A stretch of 64,000 nucleotides of DNA from Octopus bimaculoides (Eukaryota): contig NC_068983.1 in NCBI RefSeq assembly GCF_001194135.2, forward strand, positions 122,923,046 through 122,987,045, given 5' to 3'. Numbering within the stretch: position 1 is the first letter of the stretch; each line of letters starts with the position of its first letter. Of the stretch, positions 22,674-35,299 are shown one piece after another. The notes under the pieces are model-generated. The model saw nothing but the letters and a program-made list of their open reading frames with translations. It was not told where the DNA came from and did no database searches. The translations under genes and the position numbers were made by a program.

Positions 22674-23347
22674 GCCCCACCCATATGTATATATGCACAT
22701 TAATAGGGTCTAGTCTTTCTCATTCGCAAAATGAGCCCCCTTTAATTTTGCTCAGAATGCCTTCAATTTTGGTGTATCGATGCATCTCTGAATTTTGATT
22801 ACGATCAACCAATTACTTTATCTCGTAAATTAAAGAATCTGATGTTATTTGGAATTAAAGTTGGGAAATTTGGGTAATTTTAGCTAATCAACAGAGAGCG
22901 AGGCATTAACAGCTTGTTACCATGACAACTGCACGTTGGGTTGTGTGTTCACCCGCACGTGTTGATTCTTCACACTTCGAGATTTACTTCCCCCGCGTGT
23001 TTTGTTTTAATAAAAATTATATTTATCAATTAGAATTTTATTAGAGATGCCTTTCGTCAGTTGTCTTAATATTTTACATATATTTCCTATACAGCAAGTT
23101 GTTTGCGATGTTTATACAGTTTCTTGGCATTATGAAGGTGAATGNNNNNNNNNNATATATATTGAATATTCTGCTGGATAATAGGTCATGTTCCTCTAGT
23201 TTTCGGCTCGTATTGCCTCCACTCAAATTATATATATATAAATATATATAAACCCCACACGTGTATACACATACATTTATATGCATGGATATAGATGCAT
23301 ATACACGTGTATATATGCGTGTATACACACACATCACATACACGCAT

Positions 23348-23381
<34 letters not shown>

Positions 23382-23427
23382 GCCCCACCCATATGTATAT
23401 ATGCACATTAATAGGGTCTAGTCTTTC
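22451..23427 (+). repeat. Gap-flanked direct duplication (22451-22720 and 23155-23427)
   Basis: Near-identical copies beside 10-N gaps; probably an assembly or haplotype artefact. Confidence 0.8.
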
Positions 23428-26400
23428 NNNNNNNNNNTGAAGTTTTGGAGACAGACGCCCCCTTTTCACACACACACACACACATACACACACACGCGCG
23501 CACGCACATGCAACCTTAAAGTTGACACCGCTCCGCTAAACACAATTTTTTCGATTTTTAAACCTCTGCAACTTTTTCCTCCAATTTAGTTTTCTCCATA
23601 ACGTCATACCTTCATAAAAATTAGACTGTAACAGTTTATTATTATATCCAATTTTCAGATTTTTTACTCTCTTTAAAAAATGCATATTTTGCGAATGAAA
23701 AAAAAACTAGATCCCATTTATATACATGGATACAGATACTTCTACAAGTATACCTTTTTATAGGCATACACCATCATTAGTAGAGTGGTGTCGTCTTCTA
23801 ACTGTTTATGAATGTCACTTGTGATATCTATGTATTAGATTCATACGTGTGTGTGTGCTATGAGATCCTCTCCTCTGTAATCAGAATTCTGTAACTTGAT
23901 CTAATTGTAAATAGAGATATTGTGCGCCCAGCGTTGTGGTTGTAAAATGTTTCTGTAATGTTGCGAGAACGTCTAGATAAAATCTAGTTCCATAAAGACA
24001 AATTTTAAGATTACCAATTATGTGTTGTTTATTTTGTATCATGTTTATTAATTTTATTTTCGTATGTGAAAGAATCATAAATGCATTTTGTGCGAAGTTT
24101 GCTGTTGTCATTGTTATTATTCCGAAATGTGTATTTTTGTCATGTTTCTGTAAACGATGTTATTTGATTGCGTTTTTGTCAGTATTTTCCAAAACATTTA
24201 CATTTACATGGGGGTTTTAAGTTAGTTTCATGCTGGGATTTGCTTTTGTCGTATTTTGATGACGTCACCACGTGAAGAAAATATTTCTGTGATGAACTTA
24301 TACAGTGCGACCGACATTAAAACTGTGACCATCCTTCTCTTCTGAGATGCATTCAGGATTACTTTATACAGTATATTTAACTGTTTTAAAGATGGTTGAG
24401 CAAAAATTGGAATAGAGTTGGCCACAAGTTTTGCAAGCCAGACTGTGTGGATGCTTCTTTGTTGGCCTGTACATAAAAGATACTATTTAATTTGTGAACA
24501 ACTAGTAGCGTAACTGTATTAAACGTGGGTACAAACAAGATATTGGTAATATTTCCAGTTACTATTAGTAATTACTTCTTTCTATTATGAATTTCATCTT
24601 TTTTAGAACACTCATTAAAGCAGTTTGAATAAATTTAATTCCAAATGTTCTGATGTATTGTTAATAAATTTGTTGTGGGTGGTCGCTAAATCAGCATAGA
24701 AAACTCTTTTATGGAACGCAGAATTATTACAATAAGTAAGGAAACGATTCACAAAATAATCGCAGACAATTGTATGTATGGTCATTATGTAAAATACATT
24801 AAATATTATTGTTAAACGACTGGGATGATTATCTCCGTGCCTTTGCGTGATAAACTCATACAGAACACTGTTACAGGTGCTGAAGTGTCCTTCACAGCAG
24901 TCATTTGAATTTTGTTTTCCTTTTTTTTTTCTCAAAAGCTACATTTATTTTGCATGCATTTTTTGTTTGCCTTTATTCAGTGATAGAGAACGAGCTAAGT
25001 TGTCCCAAAAGTAATCGATCTTATAACTATAAAATACCGATTAACGTGCTCTGGTAGAAGTTCCCTCTTCGCATTATTTCCTGCAGTGGTCAGGCTGGGC
25101 ATCAATTTCTATAATCTAGGAGAATCTGCAACATTATAGAAGGTTACCATGCCTCTCTTAATCAACCTACGAAAAAAGAAAAAAAAATGTCTAACATCGT
25201 CATATTATATGAAATATTGGAATAGAATCTGAAGTCAACCAATCAGAAACACGACCATTAGAGAAAGCAATAACGATTTTGTTAATAATTACATCTATTG
25301 TCATTGCATTTAATAACACATTTCGATTCTTTGACTTTCTGATTGTCTTCAGACGCCTCTTAAGTATATATTCGAAGAAGAATAAAATATAATTAAAAAA
25401 ATATATGAATTCTTTATAGCGAGTATTTATCTCATGAAAGATCGTGTACGGAAGAAACTTGGTTAAATTTACCTTTTGAGTTGAAATCCCACCGGAGTTG
25501 ACCTTTCGTTTGATCCTCCCTGTTCTATATAAATCAGTACTTGGCAAGCATTATTATCTAATACATTCCTTTTCTGAAATATTTTTGATTATGTGCCAAT
25601 GTTAGAAATCAATATTAATTTTCCAGAAAGGCTCCTCAAAAATGCTCAGTAGAAATTTAGTAATTTTCCTGAAGGTTACCTGCATAAAAAGCAGTTAAAT
25701 TTTAATATACTACAATAATGTCGTTTGATTTTTTTTCATTCATCAATTCATATTGCTTTATTTTTTTCTTTAAATATTAATTTTGTAAGAATATTAATTT
25801 TTACGAAGCTCTATAAATAAAATGTCGTTCTTCTGTAACTAATGAATAAATTGAAAAGTGAATGTTGTTCTAGTGAAAAATCAGTATTTGATTTCCCCAC
25901 TTCGATAAATATCAAGTAATGCTACTACGATGATAACAGAATTAAAAGGAAATATTTATTAGCTATTTTCTTTAAATGCTTTTCGTTTTTCTTAGAATCA
26001 ATTAGTTAAAATTTAGTCGGTATGCAGTCGGCTAGAATGGTAACTTTTTTAACAGGATATTGCAGACTGAAACAGCATTTGTACGCTTCAGTTTTCTTTT
26101 TTTTTTATACACGACAATTTCTCATAGCGATTACTTTTGACGTGTCACAAAGGCGCTATATATGTAGAGATTAGAAGGTAGGAAAAGTAAAGAGGTAGAA
26201 TATTTTCACTTAGACATGAGAACTCCCTACGAAATTGGTTTATCAGAAGTTTTAAAATTTTCCTACTGTGCTTGCAGCCTAATTTGTAATTGGTACAAAC
26301 TTAAAGGCAATGCGATCGTAAAAGGCTTGCGAGAAGTAATCTTTCAGCAAATTGAGATGACAGTTAGGTTTCAGTATATTTTTGAAACCAATTCACTTCA

Positions 26401-26500
26401 CCTTTGCTAGCTTAAAACCTTAGTAAAATTACTCAAGCGTTAAGATTCCAGAGCTAATGTCTTAAGGTGCAATCACTAGACAGTTGATAANNNNNNNNNN

Positions 26501-27622
26501 TGGGTTGATTTCGATTTCAGATCAAGTAATTTCGATTTACAAACGTCACTGGCGCTTTTGGTAACAACATAAATGTTACAGTATTTCATTTTACTTCGAC
26601 AATAATGTTGCTTAAATCAAAAGAAAGCAAATAGGAAACCTTTCTAAGGATTAAAAAAAATAACCTACATACTTATATTACTTTATGATGCTTATAAAGA
26701 AAGCGGCGAGCTGGGAGAAACGTTAGCGCATCGGGCGAAATGCTTAGCGGTATTTTGTCTGCCGTTACGTTCTGAGTTCAAATTGCGCTAAGATCGNNNN
26801 NNNNNNCTGCCGTTACGTTCTGAGTTCAAATTGCGCTAAGATCGACTTTGCCTTTCATCCTTTCGGGGTCGATTAAATAAGTACCAGTTACACACTGGGG
26901 TCGATATAATCGACTTAATCCATTTGTCTGTCCTTGTTTGTCCCCTCTGTGTGTAGTCCCTTGTGAGCAGTGAAGAAATAGATGCTTATAATTAAGAACG
27001 TTAGGTAAATAGAAGGGGAAAAATCGTATTTTAATGATGTATAAATTGAAAAGTTTGAAACTCAAAATGATGGTTGTTAATACCAGTGCACATTATTGCC
27101 GTCTTGTACTTGGATTAACGTCTGTTTTCATCTTAATTACGATCGTTATTTCTCCGATTTAGTATCGTCGCCGCTGTTTTCATCATCACCATTATCGTTG
27201 TTGTCTTCATCATCACAATGAGATTAATGAGACATCATCTGAAAATATTAGTCTTGTAAGCAGTCAGAAGAAATCACTCTTAAAATCGCAGGGGAATAAG
27301 TATCGCAGAGTGAAGTATTAAAACCCTCTGGGTTGATTTCGATTTCAGATCAAGTAATTTCGATTTACAAACGTCACTGGCGCTTTTGGTAACAACATAA
27401 ATGTTACAGTATTTCATTTTACTTCGACAATAAAGTTGCTTAAATCAAAAGAAGGCAAATAGGAAACCTTTCTAAGGATTAAAAATAATAACCTACATAC
27501 TTATATTACTTTATGATGTTTATAATGAAGGCAGCGAGCTGGGAGAAACGTTAGCGCATCGGGCGAAATGCTTAGCGGTATTTTGTTTGCCGTTACGTTC
27601 TGAGTTCAAATTGCGCTAAAGT
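26501..27622 (+). repeat. About 295-bp direct duplication (26501-26796 and 27330-27622) ending in a SINE head
   Basis: Copies differ at several positions; the first lies between two 10-N gaps. Confidence 0.8.
26703..27000 (+). mobile_element. tRNA-derived SINE (family B head GCGGCGAGCTGGCAGAAACGTTAG)
   Basis: Head and body GACTTTGCCTTTCATCCTTTCGGGGTCGAT..AAATAAGTACCAG; related copies at 27532, 28241, 36380 and 57830. Confidence 0.85.
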
Positions 27623-28305
27623 CGTAGTGGGTGTAAAGTAAAGTAAAGTAAAGTAAAATAAAATATTTAGAAAAATAATAATTTATTAACAACAAAAATC
27701 TAATAAAATAAGTACGTAAAACGACATGTAAAAGTAGACAAAATTTAATTTGTTTGGATTACCATGTGAACAATATTAACAAACGATTTAACGATATAGA
27801 CATTTTAAAATAGATTTTTATTAATTCAAATGCTTTCATTACTTTCAGGATTGTTGTTGCGTTTTTGAAACTTACCCCAAATGACTGGGGGGTTTTTTTT
27901 TTTGAGAAAAAGATGAGAAAAAAAAGAATACTCAAAATAAAAGTCACAAGTGGTGGTCATCTTTGCTGATACAAATTATTCAGTAAAGTCTGTAAATATG
28001 CCGCGGAAAAAGAGAATACTGACGCTAAGTTTGAGAGAGAAAAACGGGAGAGAAAGAGAGCGAGCAAGAGCAGCGCGCGCGTGTGAAAGAGAGAGCGGGA
28101 GAGGGAGGAAAGGAGAGAGAGCTTATGTGTATTTGAAAATATTTATGCAGTAATGATGAGAATATATATGTTAGGAGTGGGGGTAAGGAGGAAGGGAATA
28201 GCGATACTAAAACCGAATGTCAACAGTAGACCAGGAGCTAAAGCGGCGAGCTGGCAGAAACGTTAGCACGCCGGGCTAAATGTTTAGCGGTATTTCGTCT
28301 GCCTG

Positions 28306-29820
28306 TTATTGAAAATTTATTGTTGGAGTGTGTTCGTAAAGTAAGTTTCTGTTAATTGTTTTATCGCTATACCACTTGTTGTGCCTACTGTTGGACTTAT
28401 TGTTTAAAAATTCTATTATAGTTTTCTTTCGAAAGCTATCTGTGGTTTTCCCCTGTGGGGGAAAACATTAATTACTGGCAAGATGCCGAAAAGTGTGTCT
28501 TCGACGGGTGAAGATTCATCGACCGAGCGGGAAGCAAGGAAGATTGAAAGTTTAAATTTTGATAACACTTCTGATGTTTCGGAAAGTCAATTCCCTACAT
28601 TACCAAAAGTTACGGGTACCAAAAGAAATATAGAAGCAAAGACCATTCAAAATGAAGAAAGAAAAAGTTTTGCGTCCGCAGCTGGTAGTGGAACGCGACA
28701 GCTGTCAACTGACAAAAAAGAATTATTAAAATAAAAGGAAATGATAACAGTACGAGAGGGAGTGGTAAAAGTGAAAATACCAGAACAATTAACAGCAGAA
28801 AAAAGGAAAATTATTATTTTTAAGACATTCTACTTAAAAGCTCGAAGAATTGATTGACAAAATATGTGAGCAGAAAATTGAAAAATGTTTAAAACCCATC
28901 TGGCAGGACATTACTTACCTAGCCAGTGGGAAGAAGTTTGAAACCATCGTGGTGAGGTTCAAGAACACAAAAACGGCACAACAGCACTCTGTAAAATCAT
29001 TAGAATCGGAAGACATGATATTAATCCCATAGGAATGAGAACATCTAAGGTTAGAATACCAAGAATTCCACCCGGAGTAAACCCTATGTGCTTGATGGCG
29101 GCAGTCCTGGCAAACAAGGAGGATAATATAAACCTCCTGCAGGCTACCGTCTCAACCTGCTATTGCAAGCAGAGCAGAAAATTTTAGAACAGCTCCCAGA
29201 AATAGTAGAAGTAGGGGAGGAAGTTGTGAATATTTTTATTGTAAAGAAGGTGAAGAAGAATCGGACGGTGAGGAGGAAGAAAGAGAGAGAAAGTGAAGGA
29301 AAAATAAACAACAAAAGGAAAATGGAAGGCTCGAACCAGCAAAAGCAGAGCGAGCCGAGACTTAAAAAGACAGCCAAGAGAGACAGACCGAGGACAGCGG
29401 AGCGGGTGACAGACAGAGGAATAGTTGCACTACACAGCAAAAACGAGGACTTAATGCGTGAATTGGCAAGGGCAAACCCTGGTTATGATTATCCAGGGAT
29501 CTCCGGAAGACATCGAAAATATAGTAGAAACCATCGCTATAGAAGACGTGATAATCAGGGTCATAATGGAGGGCAGGACCCCGCGTTGCTACAAGTGTGA
29601 CCTAAAAGGCCACATTAGAGCGGACTGTCCTCCGAACAGACAGGACACTACAGTGTTTAAATGCAATGAAGACTTTGAATACTGGGAGAAAGCAATGGAC
29701 ACCAATCAAGTACCAAAGTATATAAACTATCTTGATCTCCGAGAGGTTTACAAAATTGACATTCTACAGCAAGGCGGAGTTGGAACGAATTTAGGTCGTA
29801 TTAACAGAATAAATAAAGTC
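28306..29820 (+). mobile_element. L1/Tx1-like element consisting of a 5' UTR and decayed ORF1 with CCHC zinc knuckle
   Basis: ATG at 28483; broken ORF ending NWQGQTL..VIMEGRTPRCYKCDLKGHIRADC (CX2CX4HX4C at 29587-29628); no ORF2 follows; truncates a SINE head at about 28305. Confidence 0.65.
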
Positions 29821-29989
29821 GCTCGGAGGTGGGGTCGGAAAGCTTCCATTCATCTTTTCATTTTCAATTTCATCTCACTTTTCTTTCGTTTTTTTGTCCC
29901 CCCCCCCCACCACCACCACCATGTTTTGTGTTGTCCTTTCTATGTTTACACCTGGTGGGAAATAAAGAATAACTTTGGTTCCAGACCTT

Positions 29990-30530
29990 TTAAGGTCTAG
30001 CCACTGACCACACAAGACAGCCAATTCCAGCTATCTCTCTCTTCACCGTCAACATCGTCAACATCATCTCTCTACGTACACAGCACAACAAACTCGCCCA
30101 GGTTTCAACGCTTCAATTCACCGTTTGTGAGTTAGCTCCACGGAATAACAGTGAATATACAACCTGTGAGGATTCCTGTATCACGTGACCGGCTCAGCAT
30201 CACAGCCACAACTTCAGGTACGATACGTACCGCAACCGTCTCCGCATTACAGCCACAACGTCTTGATGCAGCATCGCAACAGCCCAGGTACAGTTGATCA
30301 CGAACTGGTATTCTAGTTCCTGTGTCCTTGAACATCAAACTTCTCATTATAGACTCTTTCCCTGTCTTCGTCTTCATTGCCATATAGGTACAACGCAACG
30401 TATACACCTATGCTCACACACACACAGATACATGTAAATATATCAATAAATCTTTCATAAGCATTCTACGCTGTTGTGTCTCTTTTCTCCCTGCACACAT
30501 GTCGCGTTACATCTTCCATATATTGAAAGG
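29990..30530 (+). mobile_element. GC-richer unclassified element, possibly a solo LTR
   Basis: Internal repeats CAGCCACAAC; AATAAA at about 30445 followed by ..GTCGCGTTACA; no TSD or clear 5' end found. Confidence 0.3.
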
Positions 30531-30828
30531 ACCGTGTGTTGTCCAACATCAACTCTCATTATCTCACATCACACATTACATTACCATTATTTCTAACTTG
30601 TGCATAAGGCCACACATTTTAGGAAAGGAAAATAATGCTGCAGCGTTTTAAAGTTATATTGATTCATAAGACCATGACGTTAATGCAAGGTTAACCCTGT
30701 ACAAGTTCTAAAGAAATCTACTTTTTGGATATTTGTGCAGATTAACAACAAATTTTAATTACAAACTGAAGAATTGTTTTAGGTTTATCAGTCAAATATT
30801 TTCCTGCTTGATTAAAATCTTTTAAAAT

Positions 30829-31065
30829 TAGTTCTCAATGGGTGGCAATATCTCCGGGGGTGTGAGGTTTAGCAAGGGGCGGAAAATTTTCCTTGTTCAA
30901 AGACATTAAGATGGTTTTAAACTTTTGAAACATATCCAACACCATGGTGAAGAAAGGGGAATTATACGCTTGCAAACCAAATTTTATTTCTTTATAAACA
31001 AAGTGCAAACAATTTCATTAATATTTTGGATTGAGGGCTGGTATTTATCAATTTGAGAACCGCTG
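30829..31065. mobile_element. hAT (Charlie-like) MITE
   Basis: Right end TTGAGAACCGCTG followed by TTCTAAAC; degenerate left end ..GTTCTCAA at 30831. Confidence 0.45.
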
Positions 31066-31619
31066 TTCTAAACAATATATTGATATTTGATAGAACTTAA
31101 CAAAATTAAATATTAATCCTCCGAAAACAATACAGATTACGAACTACTTTGCAACCGAAATTAGTAGAAAATATCGGGCAGAAAATAAATATGCTGGCTT
31201 ATTATCTCTGCTAAATAATATTATTGATTACTTACAAGATCCTGTCCAAGAAAGACGGTTTGGATAATTATTTCCATCGAATTTGATATTTGATACTGTT
31301 TCGTTTTGTTTTCATTTGAAATAACTTTTGAAACTAAAACATATATCTACAGACAATGTAAGATTAGAGCTGATAAGATATTTTGTTGCTAATTTTGTTT
31401 TTACGCATGGGAATAGTTTTATAAATACAATGTCGTTATTTGTCCAAGTTATAAATTAACATAACAGTCGACCATAGTGTAATATAATGAGATATCATTA
31501 TTTCTCTTTTGTTTTCAAAGAGTACTCCTAAAATATAAAGTATCATGAAATAAATTGTGATTAGGGAACATTTCTTTTGCAATCACAAGGATATATACAA
31601 CTGTATTTTTCAGAACTAA

Positions 31620-32005
31620 TGTAGTTTTACACATCTCCTTGAAAAATGCTGTTTTTTTTTAAATAGTTTTTCGGATTCCTACGTTTTAGATGTTTTAGAT
31701 GTTGGAGATTATCCCCCCCCCCCACTCCCTCACAATTTAAAATCTTGAACTTTTTCCGAAATTTCTTTTTAAAACTACCTTTTCCAAATTTAAAATGTCC
31801 ACTGCAACATTTCCTTCCTCCGAATTTCAAATTTTTAAAATTTCACCCCGCCTCTCCGACGGATCTTACGAACAGTCATCCCCCACTCAAAAAAAAAAAA
31901 ACAAACAAACAAACATTTCCGATTTTTTTCATTTTCAGCAGGTTCTTATGTTTTCGATGACAGATTCCGAATATGTAAGAAACCACGTATTCAAAATTTT
32001 AAATT
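31620..32005 (-). mobile_element. Second copy of the Helitron-like family at 10.4-11.1 kb
   Basis: GACAGATTCCGAATATGTAAGAAACCACGTATTCAAAAT matches the reverse complement of 10379-10418. Confidence 0.4.
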
Positions 32006-32190
32006 CAATAAGTATATAGTTATGTGTGTATATATATCTACATATAAAAACTGTCCTACGAACGGGAACGTGAAATTCTGAGTAACAGCTTTTGTCATAT
32101 TTCTACTGCTTTTAAATAAAGTATATATATATATAAATAATACAAAATGGGACAAGGACGCAAAACATCCAGACAGGTGATACAAGAAAG

Positions 32191-33325
32191 GGACAACAAA
32201 ACTCCAGATAGACGAGACAAAGAAAACAAGGACAGGTCATTCGGAGTTTTCTTTCCTCAGTCGAGATCCAGATTATCTTTGGTATCTCGGCTGGTTATTC
32301 TCGATATTGCTCCAACCTAGCCAACCCCAAGGAAAAACTAAGCTAAGAGCATTAGATTCCTTGGAAGAAAGCAGCGGATGTGTACAAAAACAAGGACGGA
32401 AAAAAACAAACAATGTTACACAAATACAATAAAAATAATAACAAGACATAACAACAGATGTCTACGACTAAGGACAAATCAAATTAAGCTGGCGTGTGTG
32501 GAAATAAAGCCTTACGGCAGGGATACAAGATTTCACAGGCACAGGGAGGAATATCGATGTTGCACGCACAACGGCCTGCCAAGAAAGAAAGATCAGCCTT
32601 GGCCGAACGCCGGTCACGTGAGAAGAGAGAGAGCGAGAGAGAGAGGTAGAGTCAGAGGGACAAAGGAATTAAGGAGGAGCGAGAAAAAATGACAGGGACA
32701 CAATGAAGTGAAAAGTGGAGGAAAAGTGAGTAAGAAGAGAAGGCAAGGAAATGTGAGCGAGGGGGAACGAAAGAACGAAGAGTGGAATGAACGAATAAGG
32801 GTCGCGTACGTACACTATGTCTCTTATCTGTAAGTATACATTTTTTCTAAATCTTGTATGACTCTATTTCTGTCTATCATCCCCTTCACCCTTATTCGTT
32901 CATTCCACTCTTCGTTCTTTCGTTCACCCTCGCTCACATTTCCTTGCCTTCTCTTCTTGCTCACATTCCCTCCACCTTTCATTTCACTGTGTCCCTGTCA
33001 TTTTTTCTCGCCTCTCCTTAATTCTTTTGTCCCTCTACCTCTCTCTCTCTTCTCTCCTCACGTGACCGGCGTTTGGCCAAGTCTGATCTTTCTTTCTTAG
33101 CCGGCCGTTGTGCGTGCAACATCGATATTCCTCCCTGTGCCTGTGAAATCTTGTATCCATGCCGTAAGGCTTTATTTCTACACACGCCAACTTAAATTAA
33201 TTCGTCTTTAGTCGAAAGACATCTGTTGTCATGTCCTGTTATTATTTTTATTGTATTTGTGTAACATTGTTCGTTTTTTCCGTCCTTGTTTTCTTTGTAT
33301 CGTCTATCTGGATGTTTTGTTGTTC
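32191..33325. repeat. Long inverted repeat: arms about 32191-32801 and 32889-33325, 87-bp spacer
   Basis: Arm-by-arm reverse-complement match throughout, e.g. CCGGTCACGTGA 32610-32621 with TCACGTGACCGG 33058-33069, and AACGAATAAGGG with CCCTTATTCGTT. Confidence 0.95.
32234..32386. mobile_element. 153-bp retroposed insert with 11-bp target-site duplication
   Basis: AAAACAAGGAC at 32223-32233 and 32387-32397; the insert is absent from the other arm of the inverted repeat. Confidence 0.75.
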
Positions 33326-33689
33326 NNNNNNNNNNNNNNNNNNNNNNNNNNNNNNNNNNNNNNNNNNNNNNNNNNNNNNNNNNNNNNNNNNNNNNNNNNN
33401 NNNNNNNNNNNNNNNNNNNNNNNNNNNNNNNNNNNNNNNNNNNNNNNNNNNNNNNNNNNNNNNNNNNNNNNNNNNNNNNNNNNNNNNNNNNNNNNNNNNN
33501 NNNNNNNNNNNNNNNNNNNNNNNNNNNNNNNNNNNNNNNNNNNNNNNNNNNNNNNNNNNNNNNNNNNNNNNNNNNNNNNNNNNNNNNNTATACCGGAGTA
33601 AGCACAAAAATGTGAAACAAGGTGGAAATAGAGTACTCAAATACCAGAGGTAGAATAAAATGCTTTATTTAAAAGCACCAGAAATATAA

Positions 33690-33895
33690 CGCGTAGGGTG
33701 TCCACGATTCCACATAGTCAGCTACACGGATCACAAACTTGTGACGTGTACGCTAGACTTAGATAAAGCACATAGGCAGGGTCCCGGTTACTGGAAACTG
33801 AACGCATCTTTCCCGTCGAGACAGGTTTTCAAAGATCGGATTAGCACGCTACTGAAGAGGGCTTTGACGGGAGCCATCATCAACAACAAATGTGT
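33690..33895 (+). pseudogene. L1/Tx1 ORF2 fragment (end of APE endonuclease)
   Basis: SYTDHKLVTCTLDL..QGPGYWKLNASF (TDH catalytic His and the GPG.WKLN motif). Confidence 0.8.
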
Positions 33896-33952
33896 GGGTA
33901 GTAAGGGTTCTTTTTTCTTTTCACTTTTTCCTTGTTGTAATTGTTGTTTTTG

Positions 33953-34350
33953 TTACTTTTCTGTTAGGCACTTCGTCTTTAGGTGCTCTTCGCTGCCACA
34001 CGGATAACAGCGAAGTTTCCTACCTTCTACCACTACGTATAGATTATGGCCGTCTGGCCGCTCAATTTGGTGTGGGACGCTATTTATTGAGTCCTCATCT
34101 ATCTGCATCAGCGACTGAATAGTTTTTCCCGACCAATTTTGTTGCTCTAAGACAACAATCTTTAGTATATTTTTGTTGTCCATTTTGTAACAAATGGCGG
34201 ACAACAGCCATTGTGTCTCTACTCTCGGAGGGACATTTTTTATTGAGATTTTGGTCACACGTTGGGGTGCGTATAGAGAGTTCTTTGGCATTTTCTTCGC
34301 TTTTGAAGCGAACTTGTATATCTCTTCGCATATCTCTTCCACCAGTTCAC
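33953..34350 (-). pseudogene. L1/Tx1-like ORF1 fragment with CCHC knuckle
   Basis: KISIKNVPP..NWSGKTIQ..VVVEGRKLRCYPCGSEEHLKTKC; homologous to the ORF1 at 29.0-29.6 kb. Confidence 0.7.
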
Positions 34351-35299
34351 ATAATTCTTATATGCCCATATCGGACGCAAGCATTTATACATATATATAT
34401 ACGCACACACACATATATATATACATGTATATGCATATACATATACATATATATACATATATATATCTATCTATATATATANNNNNNNNNNNNNNNNNNN
34501 NNNNNNNNNNNNNNNNNNNNNNNNNNNNNNNNNNNNNNNNNNNNNNNNNNNNNNNNNNNNNNNNNNNNNNNNNNNNNNNNNNNNNNNNNNNNNNNNNNNN
34601 NNNNNNNNNNNNNNNNNNNNNNNNNNNNNNNNNNNNNNNNNNNNNNNNNNNNNNNNNNNNNNNNNNNNNNNNNNNNNNNNNNNNNNNNNNNNNNNNNNNN
34701 NNNNNNNNNNNNNNNNNNNNNNNNNNNNNNNNNNNNNNNNNNNNNNNNNNNNNNNNNNNNNNNNNNNNNNNNNNNNNNNNNNNNNNNNNNNNNNNNNNNN
34801 NNNNNNNNNNNNNNNNNNNNNNNNNNNNNNNNNNNNNNNNNNNNNNNNNNNNNNNNNNNNNNNNNNNNNNNTATGTATGTATGTATGTATGTATGTATAT
34901 ATATTTGAAAACACTGCAAGTAGTGTAATAATTTAAGGGGGGTCTTATTTAAGTTTTGTTTTTTTTGTGTTGGCTTGGTTAGAGGATGACTTTTTCCAGA
35001 GCTCTCGTAACTTTTGCAGGGAAGGAAGAAGCCTTCAAAGCCGAGATCTGGCATAAATGCTTTGCGATGGAGTTAACTCCGTTAAATAATCTGTAGGGCA
35101 TCGGTTTAACACCACGAAACAAGTTTCATCGTATTCATGGACTTCAACGTAGTTTGCATCTACCAAATTTTACTCAGTAAGCTTTAGTGATCCTGGATAC
35201 ATGGTAGAACATACTTTCCGAAGCTGCTGCACCTTGTGGAATTGAACTTGAAACCATATGTTTGCGAAGCAAACTTCTTACCTACACGGCCTGTATGGG

